DNA from: Dehalococcoidia bacterium
Lineage (GTDB): Bacteria; Chloroflexota; Dehalococcoidia; Tepidiformales; Tepidiformaceae
NCBI GenBank assembly: GCA_034431815.1
Contig: DAOUCS010000132.1
Span: 1-55,401 of the forward strand
Direction of reading: 5' to 3'
DNA: 55,401 nt
Made by a program: the position numbers and the translations under genes. Below the pieces are notes generated by a model that was not told the origin of the DNA, searched no databases, and was given only the letters and a program-made list of their open reading frames with translations. Positions 24,772 to 34,411 of the stretch are shown piece after piece. How positions within the stretch are numbered: position 1 is the stretch's first letter; the number at the start of each line of letters is the position of its first letter.

Positions 24772-26411
24772 GGTGACGGCCTCGCGAACACCGAGATGGG
24801 GATGTCGCGGGAGGGGTGCGCGTTCCGGCTGGCAAGCCATCTGAGAACTGCCCGGATGCTCTCCGGAGGCTCCGTGAGGCGCAGGAAAGCCCAGGAGCCG
24901 TCGATGGCGAGAAAGCCGTCCGGCGCGGGTGTCCCTCCGGGAGCGAGGTACACGGAGGCGTCGCCCGGGGGACGGTCAGCGATGAGGATGGTGCCGGAGC
25001 GCCGCAAAGGCCATACCACCTCGTCGGCGAGGTCGGGGTGCACGGCAATTCGTCCCCGGCCCCCCGCGAGCTCGACGGCGGCGGCACGAATCACCCGTCC
25101 CTGGTCGGTTGCCGCCGGCGAATAGAGCGGCTCGGGGGCACCAGGCGCAGCCGCGCGGCCGGTCATGGCCGCGAGCCACAGGAAGCCCAAGGCAGCCGGC
25201 GCGAGGAAAGCGGCTGGCCGCGTGGGCGGCGAGGATGCGAGGAGCGCAGCCATGGCCGCGGCTCCGCCGGCGAGGAGCACCGCGAGGAGCGCGCTCCCGT
25301 TCGGGCGCCCGAAGGCCCACCCGAAGGCGAACAACCCCGCCGACGCAGCCGTCACGCCGGCGGCAGCGAGCGGCGGAGCGGCCGTGCGCCACTCGGCGCC
25401 GCGAAGGCCCTCCCACAAGAGAGGCGCTGCCACGCCGGCGAGGAGGGCCGCGGGTAGCGAGACGGCGGGTATCGCCGCCCACGCGTGCGAGCCCGCACCT
25501 GCGAGGAGCCAGACCAGACCGACCCCGCCCCAGGCGAGCGCCAAGCGCTGCCAGAGCGGAGGCGCCTCGGCACCCCGAGCCCAGCGGGCGAGGATCCAGG
25601 CTGCCGAAGCACCGCCGGCGGCGAGAACCGGCCAGCTGTAGAGAAGGGCAAGCTGGGCGGCGGCGCCCGTCGACCAGTCGGCATCGAGGGAGTCGGCGAA
25701 GAGGTCAGCCGGGGGCACCGCGAGGCCGACCCATCGGAATCCATACCCAGCGCTTGCCGCTGCGATCCCGGCGGCAGCTCCCGCGGCTGCGAGCGCCACC
25801 GTCAGCGGCCGGGGATACTGACCCTGCGCCAGCCGGGACGCGAGCACGGCGAACGCCAGCAGAAGCGGCAACGGCCCGCACACCGCAACCGCCGCGACGA
25901 GGAGGGGCCACACCCACGCCGCCGCAGGGGGCCTCACAATGACCGCGAACAGCAGCAAGGCGATGGGAACATCGAGCGCGAGGGCCGAGGCGGTACCGCC
26001 GCTCGCAGCATGAAACGGGTCGAGGGCCACGAGCACCCCGGCCGCGAGGAGCGGCCCGTCGCCGGTGACCGGCCGAAGCCGAAGGGCCGCAATCGCCAAC
26101 ACCGCGGCGCCGAGGAGCGCGAGCGCGAGCCGCGCCGGCACCGGGGAATCGGTGAAGGCGAAGGTTGCGGCGGCTGCTCCTTGCGCGAGGGAACCGGCGA
26201 AGCGTGGGTCGTCGGCCCCGGCCTGAGCTGCCCATGCCCCGGAGAGGCTCCAAAGTTCGGCACCGGCGACGGGCGCGTTCAGTACCACGCCCAGACGAAC
26301 GGCCCCGTACAGCACCGCCACGCCGGCCCACCCGAGGGCCGCGAGCGGAACCGTGATCGAGCCCTCACGTCGATCGGCGGCGGCGAGCAGAACGGGGCGA
26401 GGCATCGGCAT
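24768..26411 (-). CDS. Orphan Ala/Gly/Leu-rich polytopic membrane protein with a soluble C-terminal tail of about 110 aa
   Basis: Internal ATG 26411 (GGAG 5 nt upstream; ATG 26405 is an alternative) of track ORF 24768..27176. Many hydrophobic segments, W-rich loops. No family recognised by eye. Confidence 0.55.
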   Translation of the reverse strand: MPMPRPVLLAAADRREGSITVPLAALGWAGVAVLYGAVRLGVVLNAPVAGAELWSLSGAWAAQAGADDPRFAGSLAQGAAAATFAFTDSPVPARLALALLGAAVLAIAALRLRPVTGDGPLLAAGVLVALDPFHAASGGTASALALDVPIALLLFAVIVRPPAAAWVWPLLVAAVAVCGPLPLLLAFAVLASRLAQGQYPRPLTVALAAAGAAAGIAAASAGYGFRWVGLAVPPADLFADSLDADWSTGAAAQLALLYSWPVLAAGGASAAWILARWARGAEAPPLWQRLALAWGGVGLVWLLAGAGSHAWAAIPAVSLPAALLAGVAAPLLWEGLRGAEWRTAAPPLAAAGVTAASAGLFAFGWAFGRPNGSALLAVLLAGGAAAMAALLASSPPTRPAAFLAPAALGFLWLAAMTGRAAAPGAPEPLYSPAATDQGRVIRAAAVELAGGRGRIAVHPDLADEVVWPLRRSGTILIADRPPGDASVYLAPGGTPAPDGFLAIDGSWAFLRLTEPPESIRAVLRWLASRNAHPSRDIPISVFARPSP

Positions 26412-26500
26412 GGGCGCTCCGAAGCGGCCGAGCGGGCTTCCAGCTCGCCGGTATCGCACGGAGCATATCGCCGGCCGGCGGCGCGGACGAGTCGGAGCGT

Positions 26501-28900
26501 TCAGGATGTGGGAAGCTCCCGCTCCACGGGGACGCGGAAGAGCTGAACGGTGCCGTCGTCGTAGACGGTCACCAGGAAGTCCTCGAATCGGGGCATGAGG
26601 TCGGCAGGGTACCGGCTGCGCTCCACAGGCCCGACCACGACGTACTCGGCCCGGAGGCGGCGGAGGCGTTCGAGCGCGGTTGCGGCATCGGGGGCGAGGT
26701 AAACGCCGTCCACCAGCTCTTGGCGGGAGGAGAGGAGCCGGTGGTTCGCTTGCGAATCGCCGCGCCACTGGAGCTCGTGGAAGTACCAGCCGATGGGCGT
26801 CGGACGGCCGGTGCGGGCGGCGATGCGACCCGCATCGGTGTAGTCGACGTTCGCGGAAACGAGCTCGGGGCCCGAGTCCCCCTTCCTCCAGGTACGACCC
26901 GTCGCCTCGACGACGACTGCGCCAGGCGGAACGTAATGCTGGACGGCCTGGAGGAGCGCCCACTCTCCGGGAGACGCTTGGGCCAGGAAGGCGAGACCGT
27001 CGAGAGCCGTCGGCCCTCTGAATCCGTCGGTCCGGTTCGGGAGCGCGGCAATAGGGTAGACGAGTCCAGCAGCAGCCAGCAGAGCCGCCGGGGCCACCGC
27101 CAGGCGAAGCGCCGGACGGCGGCTCGCGAGGACAGCCACGGCCCCCGTGGCTCCAGCGAGCGACAGAAGCAGCCAAGCCTGGTACGAGAGCTTGAACACC
27201 GTGTTCATCCGCGGGGCGCTGCCCGCGAACACGTCGCGGATGTAGAAGAGTTCGGCACCGTAGAGGAGCAGAAAACCGCCGGCTGCGAGGGCTGCGGCAG
27301 CGGCCTCCGCGATACGGCGGGCGCGCGAAAGCGCTACGGCTGCCATGGCAGAGACGGCCGCGCCATAGGCGAGGATACTAAGGGTGAAAAACCCCCCGGC
27401 GGTGCGGGCACGAATAGCCGCTTCGAATTCTCCCCGCGCCAGCGTGAACACCACCCACACGGCGAGCGGGAGCACGAGCAGAGCCAGACCGACGGCGAAG
27501 GCTCCGCGGATCGGAGCGGTGCGCGCACGGGCAGCGAGGACGATGCTGCCCGTCATCGCCGCGACAGCGATCGGTCCGAACTGCAGGAGCGCGTGGGCAG
27601 GCTGGGTGCCCGGGCCCACGTACGGCTGGAGACCGGAGGCTTGCGACCGGAAATCGAGCCACCACGGGAGGTAGGCCAAAAGCCCTGCCCCGGTGACGAC
27701 GAGGAACCACGCCGCCGCCAGCGGCCCATCGCGCGGGCGGACGATGAGCGTCCGGCCCACGGCCGCGGCGCCCACCAGGAGCACGAACGTGATGACGTCC
27801 CAAGCGTTCAGGAAGGCGAGGCCGCCCAGCACGAGGGCCACCACCGCGAGCCGGAAGCCTTCCGCGGGGGCTACGCGGCCGCGGGCGGGCAGCGGACGCC
27901 GGCTCCGCCAGAAGGCGAGTGCAAGGGCCACAGCGAGGAGGTTCGCCGGAAGCGCCATGAGATGCGGGTGTAAGTCGCCGAGCAGGAAGCTGAAGAAAGG
28001 GAACTCCGTGATCGTCGCAGGGATGACACGGGTGCCCCGCCACCACCACCAGAACTCCGTAGGGTACCAGGCCGACGTGCGGGCCGCGTCGGGATAGCAG
28101 CGCTCGGTTTGGCCGGGAGCGCACGGCAGGAGCCATTCGAGCCCGAACGCCTCGAAGAGGCCGGCGTGCGTTCGCCCATGCGCAGCAGCCACCTCGAAGG
28201 GAGCAGAGAGCGACCCAACGAACAGGAGCAGCAGGACGGCAGCGGCGCCAGCGGCAGCGATTGGCCAGCTTCGGCGGCGCCCGAGCACGCCGCGAGCCAG
28301 GGCGGCGGCCACGCTCACCGCGCCCGTAAGCACGGCGCCGAACACGGCGGCCAGCCCAAGGTTGTAACCGACGGAGGAGGGGACGCCGGCTGCCTGCGTC
28401 AGCAGGCCGATTTGCAGGTAGCCGAAGTAGTAGTAGCTCGCGGCGTGTCCGGCGAGCCATGGGTCCTCGGGCGGGTACGACGGGGAAGCAACAGCCGCGT
28501 TCAGGTAGAGGAAGTCCATCGGCTGTTCGGTGCCCTGGATCTCCGGGACGTACGACCGGAAGGCCGCGTAGGCAAGGAAGGCGCTGGTGAAGAGCGCTAG
28601 CATCGCCCAGATGGCCCGGGACGCCCGGCGGAGACCGGAGCGGGCTTGCGGGTTGAGGCCCCAGGCGGCGGCGCCGGCGAGCCCGAGCAGGACGAGGGCG
28701 ATGAGTGCGCCCCCGCGTCCGAAGGGGAGCACGGAGGCCACGCGGAGGAGGAAGTAGCCCCATCCGGCGAGCATCAGCCCCAAGGGGAGCGCAAGCCCAG
28801 CGCCGCCGTCGGGAAAGCGGCGGAAGACGAGCAGCGCAATGGGGTAGGCGAACGCGGCGGTGCCGACTGCTGCGGCCCAGAACGCCAGCACGTCGGCCAC
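26501..28900 (-). CDS. DUF2298 / TIGR03662 'Chlor_Arch_YYY' giant membrane protein
   Basis: 799 aa, polytopic. GTEQPMDFLYLNAAVASPSYPPEDPWLAGHAASYYYFGY matches the remembered PMDF...PP.DPW...YYYxG family signature. GTG start 9 nt after the ftsY stop (GGTGAGG SD). Confidence 0.8.
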   Translation of the reverse strand: MADVLAFWAAAVGTAAFAYPIALLVFRRFPDGGAGLALPLGLMLAGWGYFLLRVASVLPFGRGGALIALVLLGLAGAAAWGLNPQARSGLRRASRAIWAMLALFTSAFLAYAAFRSYVPEIQGTEQPMDFLYLNAAVASPSYPPEDPWLAGHAASYYYFGYLQIGLLTQAAGVPSSVGYNLGLAAVFGAVLTGAVSVAAALARGVLGRRRSWPIAAAGAAAVLLLLFVGSLSAPFEVAAAHGRTHAGLFEAFGLEWLLPCAPGQTERCYPDAARTSAWYPTEFWWWWRGTRVIPATITEFPFFSFLLGDLHPHLMALPANLLAVALALAFWRSRRPLPARGRVAPAEGFRLAVVALVLGGLAFLNAWDVITFVLLVGAAAVGRTLIVRPRDGPLAAAWFLVVTGAGLLAYLPWWLDFRSQASGLQPYVGPGTQPAHALLQFGPIAVAAMTGSIVLAARARTAPIRGAFAVGLALLVLPLAVWVVFTLARGEFEAAIRARTAGGFFTLSILAYGAAVSAMAAVALSRARRIAEAAAAALAAGGFLLLYGAELFYIRDVFAGSAPRMNTVFKLSYQAWLLLSLAGATGAVAVLASRRPALRLAVAPAALLAAAGLVYPIAALPNRTDGFRGPTALDGLAFLAQASPGEWALLQAVQHYVPPGAVVVEATGRTWRKGDSGPELVSANVDYTDAGRIAARTGRPTPIGWYFHELQWRGDSQANHRLLSSRQELVDGVYLAPDAATALERLRRLRAEYVVVGPVERSRYPADLMPRFEDFLVTVYDDGTVQLFRVPVERELPTS

Positions 28901-28909
28901 CGCCTCACC

Positions 28910-29908
28910 TCAGGGCAAGATGGCGCCCACGAACTCGCGCGCGTCGAAGGGCGCGAGGTCGTCGATCCCCTCACCCGTGCCGATGAAGCGGACGGGAAGG
29001 CCGAGGTCGTGGGCGATGGCGAAGGCGATGCCCCCTTTTGCGGTGCCGTCGAGCTTCGTAAGCACGATGCCGGTAACGCCGACGGCCCCGGTAAACGTGC
29101 GCGCCTGGGCGAGGCCGTTCTGTCCCGTGGTGGCATCGAGGACGAGAAGCACCTCGTGAGGCGCGTCGGGGATGCGCCGCTGCACCACCCGGGCCACCTT
29201 CCGGAGCTCCTCCATCAGGTTGGTCTTGGTGTGGAGACGCCCGGCGGTATCGATGATGACGACATCAGCCCCGTCGGCTTGCGCCGCGGCGACCGCGTCG
29301 AAGGCGACGGCGCCGGGGTCGGAGCCCGGCTGCTGGGCGACGAGGCGGACGCCGACGCGCTCGGCCCAGACGCGGAGCTGGTCGATGGCCGCGGCCCGGA
29401 ACGTATCCGCTGCACCGAGGACGACCTTCGCGCCATCCCGCTGAAAGGCCCGCGCCAGCTTGCCGATGGTCGTGGTCTTGCCCGACCCATTCACCCCGAC
29501 GACCAGGATGACGAGCGGCGACGGCGTATCAGGAAGGGCCCAAGCCGGGGGGCGCCGAGCGGGCGCTTCGAGGACGGAAACCATCTCCTGGCGCAGAAGC
29601 TCGCGGACTCCGGCGGCGTCCTTCACGCTTTCAGCTTTCGCACGCTGACGGACGCGAGCGAGGAGGTCGCTGGCCGTGGCCGTGCCGGTGTCGGCGAGGA
29701 TGAGGATCTCCTCCAGTTCCTCCCAAAGGGATTCGTCGAACTGGGGGCGAGCGAAGACTTCGGCGAGGCGGCCGAGGATGCCGCGGCGGCTGCGGTCAGT
29801 GGCGCGCTCCGTCTGCTCATGGATCTCGCGGCGCTCGTCGGCCGTGAGCTCCAGCACCCCGACCTGGGATGTGTCCGCGCCTTCGGACTTCCTGCGCCAG
29901 AACCGCAC
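28910..29908 (-). CDS. ftsY: Signal recognition particle receptor FtsY
   Basis: Start set at GTG 29908 (AGGAGG + 6 nt) inside track ORF 28910..30211. [25 protein letters not shown]. Confidence 0.9.
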   Translation of the reverse strand: MRFWRRKSEGADTSQVGVLELTADERREIHEQTERATDRSRRGILGRLAEVFARPQFDESLWEELEEILILADTGTATASDLLARVRQRAKAESVKDAAGVRELLRQEMVSVLEAPARRPPAWALPDTPSPLVILVVGVNGSGKTTTIGKLARAFQRDGAKVVLGAADTFRAAAIDQLRVWAERVGVRLVAQQPGSDPGAVAFDAVAAAQADGADVVIIDTAGRLHTKTNLMEELRKVARVVQRRIPDAPHEVLLVLDATTGQNGLAQARTFTGAVGVTGIVLTKLDGTAKGGIAFAIAHDLGLPVRFIGTGEGIDDLAPFDAREFVGAILP

Positions 29909-29954
29909 GAGACCCCTCCTCTGGCGTCGATGGTAGACGGTGGTCCGGTGAACG

Positions 29955-32900
29955 TCAGCGTTCCAGGTGGGCGGGGAGGTCGGCCAAGCGGAGGGAAAGC
30001 ACCTTCGAGACGCCGTCGGGCCCCATGGAAATGCCGTAGATGGCATCGGCGGCTTCGACGGTGCGGCGGTTGTGGGTGACGACGAGGAACTGCGTGCGTT
30101 CGGCAAGTCGCCGGAGGGCAGCCGTGAACCGGCCGATGTTCGCCTCGTCGAGGGCGGCGTCCACCTCGTCGAGCACGCAGAAGGGCGCCGGGTTGACAGT
30201 GAGGAGCGCAAAGAGCAACGCCACAGCCGTGAGGGAGCGTTCGCCGCCGGAGAGCGCGGCGAGGCTGTTGACGCGCTTACCGGGCGGCTGAGCCTCGATC
30301 TCGATTCCCGATTCGGCCGGGCGCTCGGGGTCGGTCAGCACGAGCCTCGCCGAACCACCGCCGAAGAAATCGGCGAAGAAGCGGCCGAACGAGTCGTTCA
30401 CGGCATCGAAGGCTGACTGGAAGCGCGTCCGAATCTGCTCGTTCAGTTCGTCGATGGCGGTGCGGAGCTGCTGTTCGGCTTCGCGCAGGTCGGTCATCTG
30501 GGCCGTCAGGAATTCGTACCGCTCGCGAGTCTCGCGGTAGTCTTCCGGCGCCTCCTGGTTGATGGGACCGAGCCTCCGGATGCGCCGGCGGACGTCCTCG
30601 ATGCGGCTGCGGAGCTCCTCCGTGCTGACGTGGGCAGCACCATGGATAGAGCGCCCTCCGCCGCTGTTCGCCTCGGCCAGCGTGACGACCTGACCCGAAG
30701 GCGCGGCGACGAGACCTTCGGCCTCCATCTCGGTCCGGAGCGTTCGGATCCGCTCCTCCCACCGGGCGATGTCCGACTCCAGCCCGAGCCGGCGGCGCTG
30801 CACCTCGAGGAGCGCTGCTTGGGCCTCAGACAGCTCATCCTGCACCTGGCGTTCGTGGTGCTCGAGGCGGTCGAGCTCATCCCGGTCGGGGGCCACGTCG
30901 TCGGCGAACCGCTGCTTTTCGGCGCGGATGAGCTCGATTTCGCGCTGAAGCTTGGCAATGCGCTCCTGAGCGACCTGAGCCTCGAGTTCGAGGTTCTTCG
31001 CCTGGAGCCGGCGGGCGGCGAGCTGACTGTCGAGCCGCTCGATGGCCCTTTCGTGCTGTTCTCGCATGAGCCGGAGCGCGTGCCGCTCGCCTTCGATGGC
31101 CGCAAGGCGGCTCGATGCCTCGGAGACGGCACGGAGTGCGGCATCGCGGCGGGCCGCAGCGCGGGCGAGCTCCTCCTCCAAGGTGCGGAGGTCAGCCTCC
31201 CGCGCCTGGCGGCGCTCTACGGCCTGAGCCGCAGCCTGCCGAGCCTGGTCGATCCGCCGGAGAAGCGACTCCCGCTCGCGGGCGATATCGCCCCGTTTCG
31301 AGAGGAGGGCCTGCATTTCCCGGCGGATGCGGTGGAGGCGCTCGCGCTCGCGGGCGAGGTTCGCCTGGGCAGCCTCCGCCTCGCGGCGAAGCTCCTGGTA
31401 ACGCGCGTCGGCCTCGCGCGCCTCGGCGGCCAGCCGCTCGATGGAGTGCCGGGCAGCCGCGATCTGCTGTTCGATCACGCTCGTGCGCTTGCGAAGCTCC
31501 TCGATCCGCGCAGGGAGCTCCTCCAACTCGCGCTGGCGAGCGAGCACCGAATCGTCCGAGGGCGAACCGCCCGTAATGGCGCCGCTCGGCTCGAAGAGGG
31601 TGCCGTCGAGGGTGACGACCGTCCCGAGGGCTCGGCGAAGGATGCGGAGCGCGTTGGGCGTGTCTTCGACGACGATCACCCGGCCGAGGAGCGTATCGAC
31701 CAGGGGCCGTACGGCAGGCTCGCAGCGAACGAGCCGCGCCGCTACGCCGACGACTCCGCGCTCCTTCTGAAGGTTCAGGGGGTAGACGTGTCGGATGGCG
31801 TCGAGGGGGAGGAACTGCGCGCGGCCGCCGTTCCGCTGCGCGAGCAGCCGGATCGCCTCCAGCGCGTCGGCGTGGCGTTCGATGACCACAGCGTGGAGGC
31901 GATGTTCGAGGGCCGCGTTGATAGCCGCCTCGAGGCCGGCGGGGACGCGCAGCTGGCGAGCCAGGATGCCGAGGACTCCCGGCACCTCGGGGGGTTCGCC
32001 GAGGCTCCCCGGCGCGATGCCCTCGATGAGGGCCTGACCCATGATGAGCACGTTGCGCGTGCCCTGGGCGATTCCCTCGTGCTCAGCATGCACCCGCTGG
32101 AGCGCCTCAAGACGGCCTTCGAGACGGTCGAGCTCGCGGAGCTCCTGGCTGCCAGCCGCTTCGAAGACACGCACCTCCTCTTCCACGCGAGCGAGGCGCT
32201 CGCGGACCGCCTCGGCTTCGCGGAGCGCGCGGGCGAGGTTATCGCCGACGGCGACTGCTGCCTCGGAGAGCTCGCGAAACCGCCGCCCGTAGCCGATGAG
32301 CTCCACGAGGAGCTGCTTGCGGCGGGCGAGGAGGTCGGCTTCCTCGCGTTCGAGGGCCGCCAGCCGGCTTTCCGCTGCCTGGACGTCGGCCTCGCTGGCC
32401 CTGATGCGCCGGTCGTCGGCCTCGGCTCCGGCGCGGAACTCCTGAAGCCGTCCGCGGAGGGCCGCGAACTCGCGCTCGGCGAGCTCCAGGGATTCGCGGG
32501 CGTCGGCGAGGGCGGCTTTCCGCGCCTCCACTTCGTCGGCCAAGGCAAGGCCGCGGCGGCTCTCGTCGACGTCGGCGGTCGAAAGGGAGAGCCGCTCCGC
32601 TTCGAGGGCCTCCAGCTCGAGGCGAAGCTCCTCGCGCCGGGCTGCCAGCATCCCCAGCCGCTCACGGTCGAGCGAAAGGGCGCGTTCGGTCTCCGCGAGC
32701 CGCTTGTCCAGGCCGGACTGCGCGGCGTCGCGACGGGCGATGGCCTCGCGGCGGCGGCGAATCTCCTCGCCGCGGGCGCGGAGCTGGCCGCGGAGCCGCT
32801 CGAGCCGCTGGGCGGCGGCCGCCTCTTCAGCCACGCACTGGTCGAGGGCGGCGCGGCTGCGGACAAGGGCATGTTGCGCCTCGTTCCAGAGCTGGCCGTA

Positions 32901-33587
32901 GTACGTCTTCAGCAGTTCGATGAGCTCCGCGGAGAGGCGGGCGTGCTCAGCCGCTCGTTCGGCCTGCCGCTCGAGCTGGCCGAGGCGGGGGCGGAGCTCT
33001 TCGACGATGAGCTCCACGCGCTCGAGGTTCTCGCGCGTAGCCGCTAGGCGGTCCTGCGCTTCCTTGATGCGATGCCGGAACCGCTTCACGTCGGCGGCCT
33101 CGTCCAGGAACACGCGGCGCTCCTGAGGCGGCAGGGAGAGGACCTCGTCGACGAGCCCCTGGGCCATGATGGTGTAGGAGTTCTGCCCGACGTCGCCCTT
33201 CATCAGGAGCTCTTGGATGTCGCGCAGGCGGACCCGGGAACCGTTGAGGAGGTATTCGGATTCGCCCGACCGGTAGAGCCGGCGGCCAATCTCAACCTCT
33301 GCGAACTCGATGGGAAGCCAGCGGTCCTCGTTATCGAGCGTGAGGATGACTTCCGCCATGCCGAGCGCCGCGCGCTTGGGGCCGCCGTTGAAGATGACGT
33401 CTTCGAGCTTCCGCGCACGGAGGAGGCGGAGGTTCTGTTCGCCGAGGACCCAGCGGATGGCATCGGCGACGTTGCTCTTTCCGGAACCGTTCGGCCCCAC
33501 AATGGCGGTAATGCCCGGCCCGAACTCCAGGATGGTCCGGGTTGGGAAGCTCTTGAATCCGTGGAGGGAGAGCTTTTTGAGGTACAC
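29955..33587 (-). CDS. smc: Chromosome partition protein SMC
   Basis: 1210 aa. MYLKKLSLHGFKSF...GPNGSGKSN (Walker A), long coiled coils and hinge, LSGGERSLTAVALLFAL, CVLDEVDAALD. Confidence 0.95.
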   Translation of the reverse strand: MYLKKLSLHGFKSFPTRTILEFGPGITAIVGPNGSGKSNVADAIRWVLGEQNLRLLRARKLEDVIFNGGPKRAALGMAEVILTLDNEDRWLPIEFAEVEIGRRLYRSGESEYLLNGSRVRLRDIQELLMKGDVGQNSYTIMAQGLVDEVLSLPPQERRVFLDEAADVKRFRHRIKEAQDRLAATRENLERVELIVEELRPRLGQLERQAERAAEHARLSAELIELLKTYYGQLWNEAQHALVRSRAALDQCVAEEAAAAQRLERLRGQLRARGEEIRRRREAIARRDAAQSGLDKRLAETERALSLDRERLGMLAARREELRLELEALEAERLSLSTADVDESRRGLALADEVEARKAALADARESLELAEREFAALRGRLQEFRAGAEADDRRIRASEADVQAAESRLAALEREEADLLARRKQLLVELIGYGRRFRELSEAAVAVGDNLARALREAEAVRERLARVEEEVRVFEAAGSQELRELDRLEGRLEALQRVHAEHEGIAQGTRNVLIMGQALIEGIAPGSLGEPPEVPGVLGILARQLRVPAGLEAAINAALEHRLHAVVIERHADALEAIRLLAQRNGGRAQFLPLDAIRHVYPLNLQKERGVVGVAARLVRCEPAVRPLVDTLLGRVIVVEDTPNALRILRRALGTVVTLDGTLFEPSGAITGGSPSDDSVLARQRELEELPARIEELRKRTSVIEQQIAAARHSIERLAAEAREADARYQELRREAEAAQANLARERERLHRIRREMQALLSKRGDIARERESLLRRIDQARQAAAQAVERRQAREADLRTLEEELARAAARRDAALRAVSEASSRLAAIEGERHALRLMREQHERAIERLDSQLAARRLQAKNLELEAQVAQERIAKLQREIELIRAEKQRFADDVAPDRDELDRLEHHERQVQDELSEAQAALLEVQRRRLGLESDIARWEERIRTLRTEMEAEGLVAAPSGQVVTLAEANSGGGRSIHGAAHVSTEELRSRIEDVRRRIRRLGPINQEAPEDYRETRERYEFLTAQMTDLREAEQQLRTAIDELNEQIRTRFQSAFDAVNDSFGRFFADFFGGGSARLVLTDPERPAESGIEIEAQPPGKRVNSLAALSGGERSLTAVALLFALLTVNPAPFCVLDEVDAALDEANIGRFTAALRRLAERTQFLVVTHNRRTVEAADAIYGISMGPDGVSKVLSLRLADLPAHLER

Positions 33588-33590
33588 GGC

Positions 33591-34301
33591 TCAGCCCTCG
33601 ACCGGCTCGAGGGTGCGGAGCGCATCGCGAGCGGCAGCCCGCTGGGCCTCGCGCTTGGAGGGGCCTGTGCCCCGGCCGTACGGTCGCCCTGCGATGCGGA
33701 CCTCGACGACGAAGAGCTGCCCCTCGGCTGTCATCTCTCGTCCGAGGGTCACATATTCGGGCGGTTGATGCCAGGTCGCTTGAGCCACGTGCTGGAGGCG
33801 GGATTTCGGGTCGATCTCGACGCCCATGGTTCTCACGCGGCGGAGTTCGGGAGCGAGCAGTCGCCGCACGAGGGCGCGTGCCGAGCGGTAGCCGCGGCCC
33901 AGGTAGACCGCGCCGATAAGCGCTTCGAGGGCGCCGGCCAGGTTCCGTTCCCGGCGCCGGCCTCCTGCCGCCTCCTCGCCCCTTCCCATGACAAGGTACT
34001 CGCCGAGGCCGATGCCCTGAGCGACGCGGGCGAGGGCGCGCCGCTGGACCAGCTCGGCTCGGATTCGGGTGAGCTCGCCCTCGCCGATGTCCGGGAAGAG
34101 GCGGAACAGCTCATCGGCGACGACGAGACCAAGGACGGCGTCACCAAGGAACTCGAGGCGTTCGTTGGAGCGGCCGGGCGTTTCCGTTTCGTTGAGAAAG
34201 GACGCGTGCGTCAGAGCCTCGCGCAGGAGCGGTTCGGGGAGCGTCCGAATCTTCAATTGTGCGAGGAGCGCATCGAGCGCAGAGTCGAGCGCCAGGGGCA
34301 C
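33591..34301 (-). CDS. rnc: Ribonuclease III
   Basis: 236 aa. NERLEFLGDAVLG signature, C-terminal dsRBD (GPSKREAQRAAA). GTG start after GGAGGG. Conserved rnc-smc-ftsY order. Confidence 0.93.
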   Translation of the reverse strand: MPLALDSALDALLAQLKIRTLPEPLLREALTHASFLNETETPGRSNERLEFLGDAVLGLVVADELFRLFPDIGEGELTRIRAELVQRRALARVAQGIGLGEYLVMGRGEEAAGGRRRERNLAGALEALIGAVYLGRGYRSARALVRRLLAPELRRVRTMGVEIDPKSRLQHVAQATWHQPPEYVTLGREMTAEGQLFVVEVRIAGRPYGRGTGPSKREAQRAAARDALRTLEPVEG

Positions 34302-34411
34302 GAGCCCTCCGCATTCGCCCTGCCGCGGGCGAAATTGTTAAGGTTGCCTCATCATATGGACGGCATTTCCGGCGTGTCAAGCGCTCGGCGCCGGCAGCGA
34401 GGAGGGCGCCG

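Noticed and set aside
24772-24840. ATG 24840 as the start of the GT-C/NHL gene (track call)
   Set aside because: It would overlap the upstream gene by 73 nt. GTG 24771 gives the 4-nt GTGA overlap seen repeatedly in this window and has GAGG upstream. Kept as an alternative only.
26412-26500. 89-nt gap between the YYY gene and the orphan membrane gene as an internal promoter or terminator
   Set aside because: It contains only a weak GATATG-like hexamer and no strong hairpin, which is insufficient to call either feature.
34321-34411. AT-richer patch (aaattgttaaggttgcctcatcatatgg) in the divergent rnc/MFS intergenic region as a defined promoter pair
   Set aside because: I could not find -35/-10 hexamers with acceptable 16-18-nt spacing on either strand (TTGTTA..TATGGA spacing is 14; TTAACA-N17-GCGAAT has a poor -10). 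It is probably a promoter region, but the elements are not callable.
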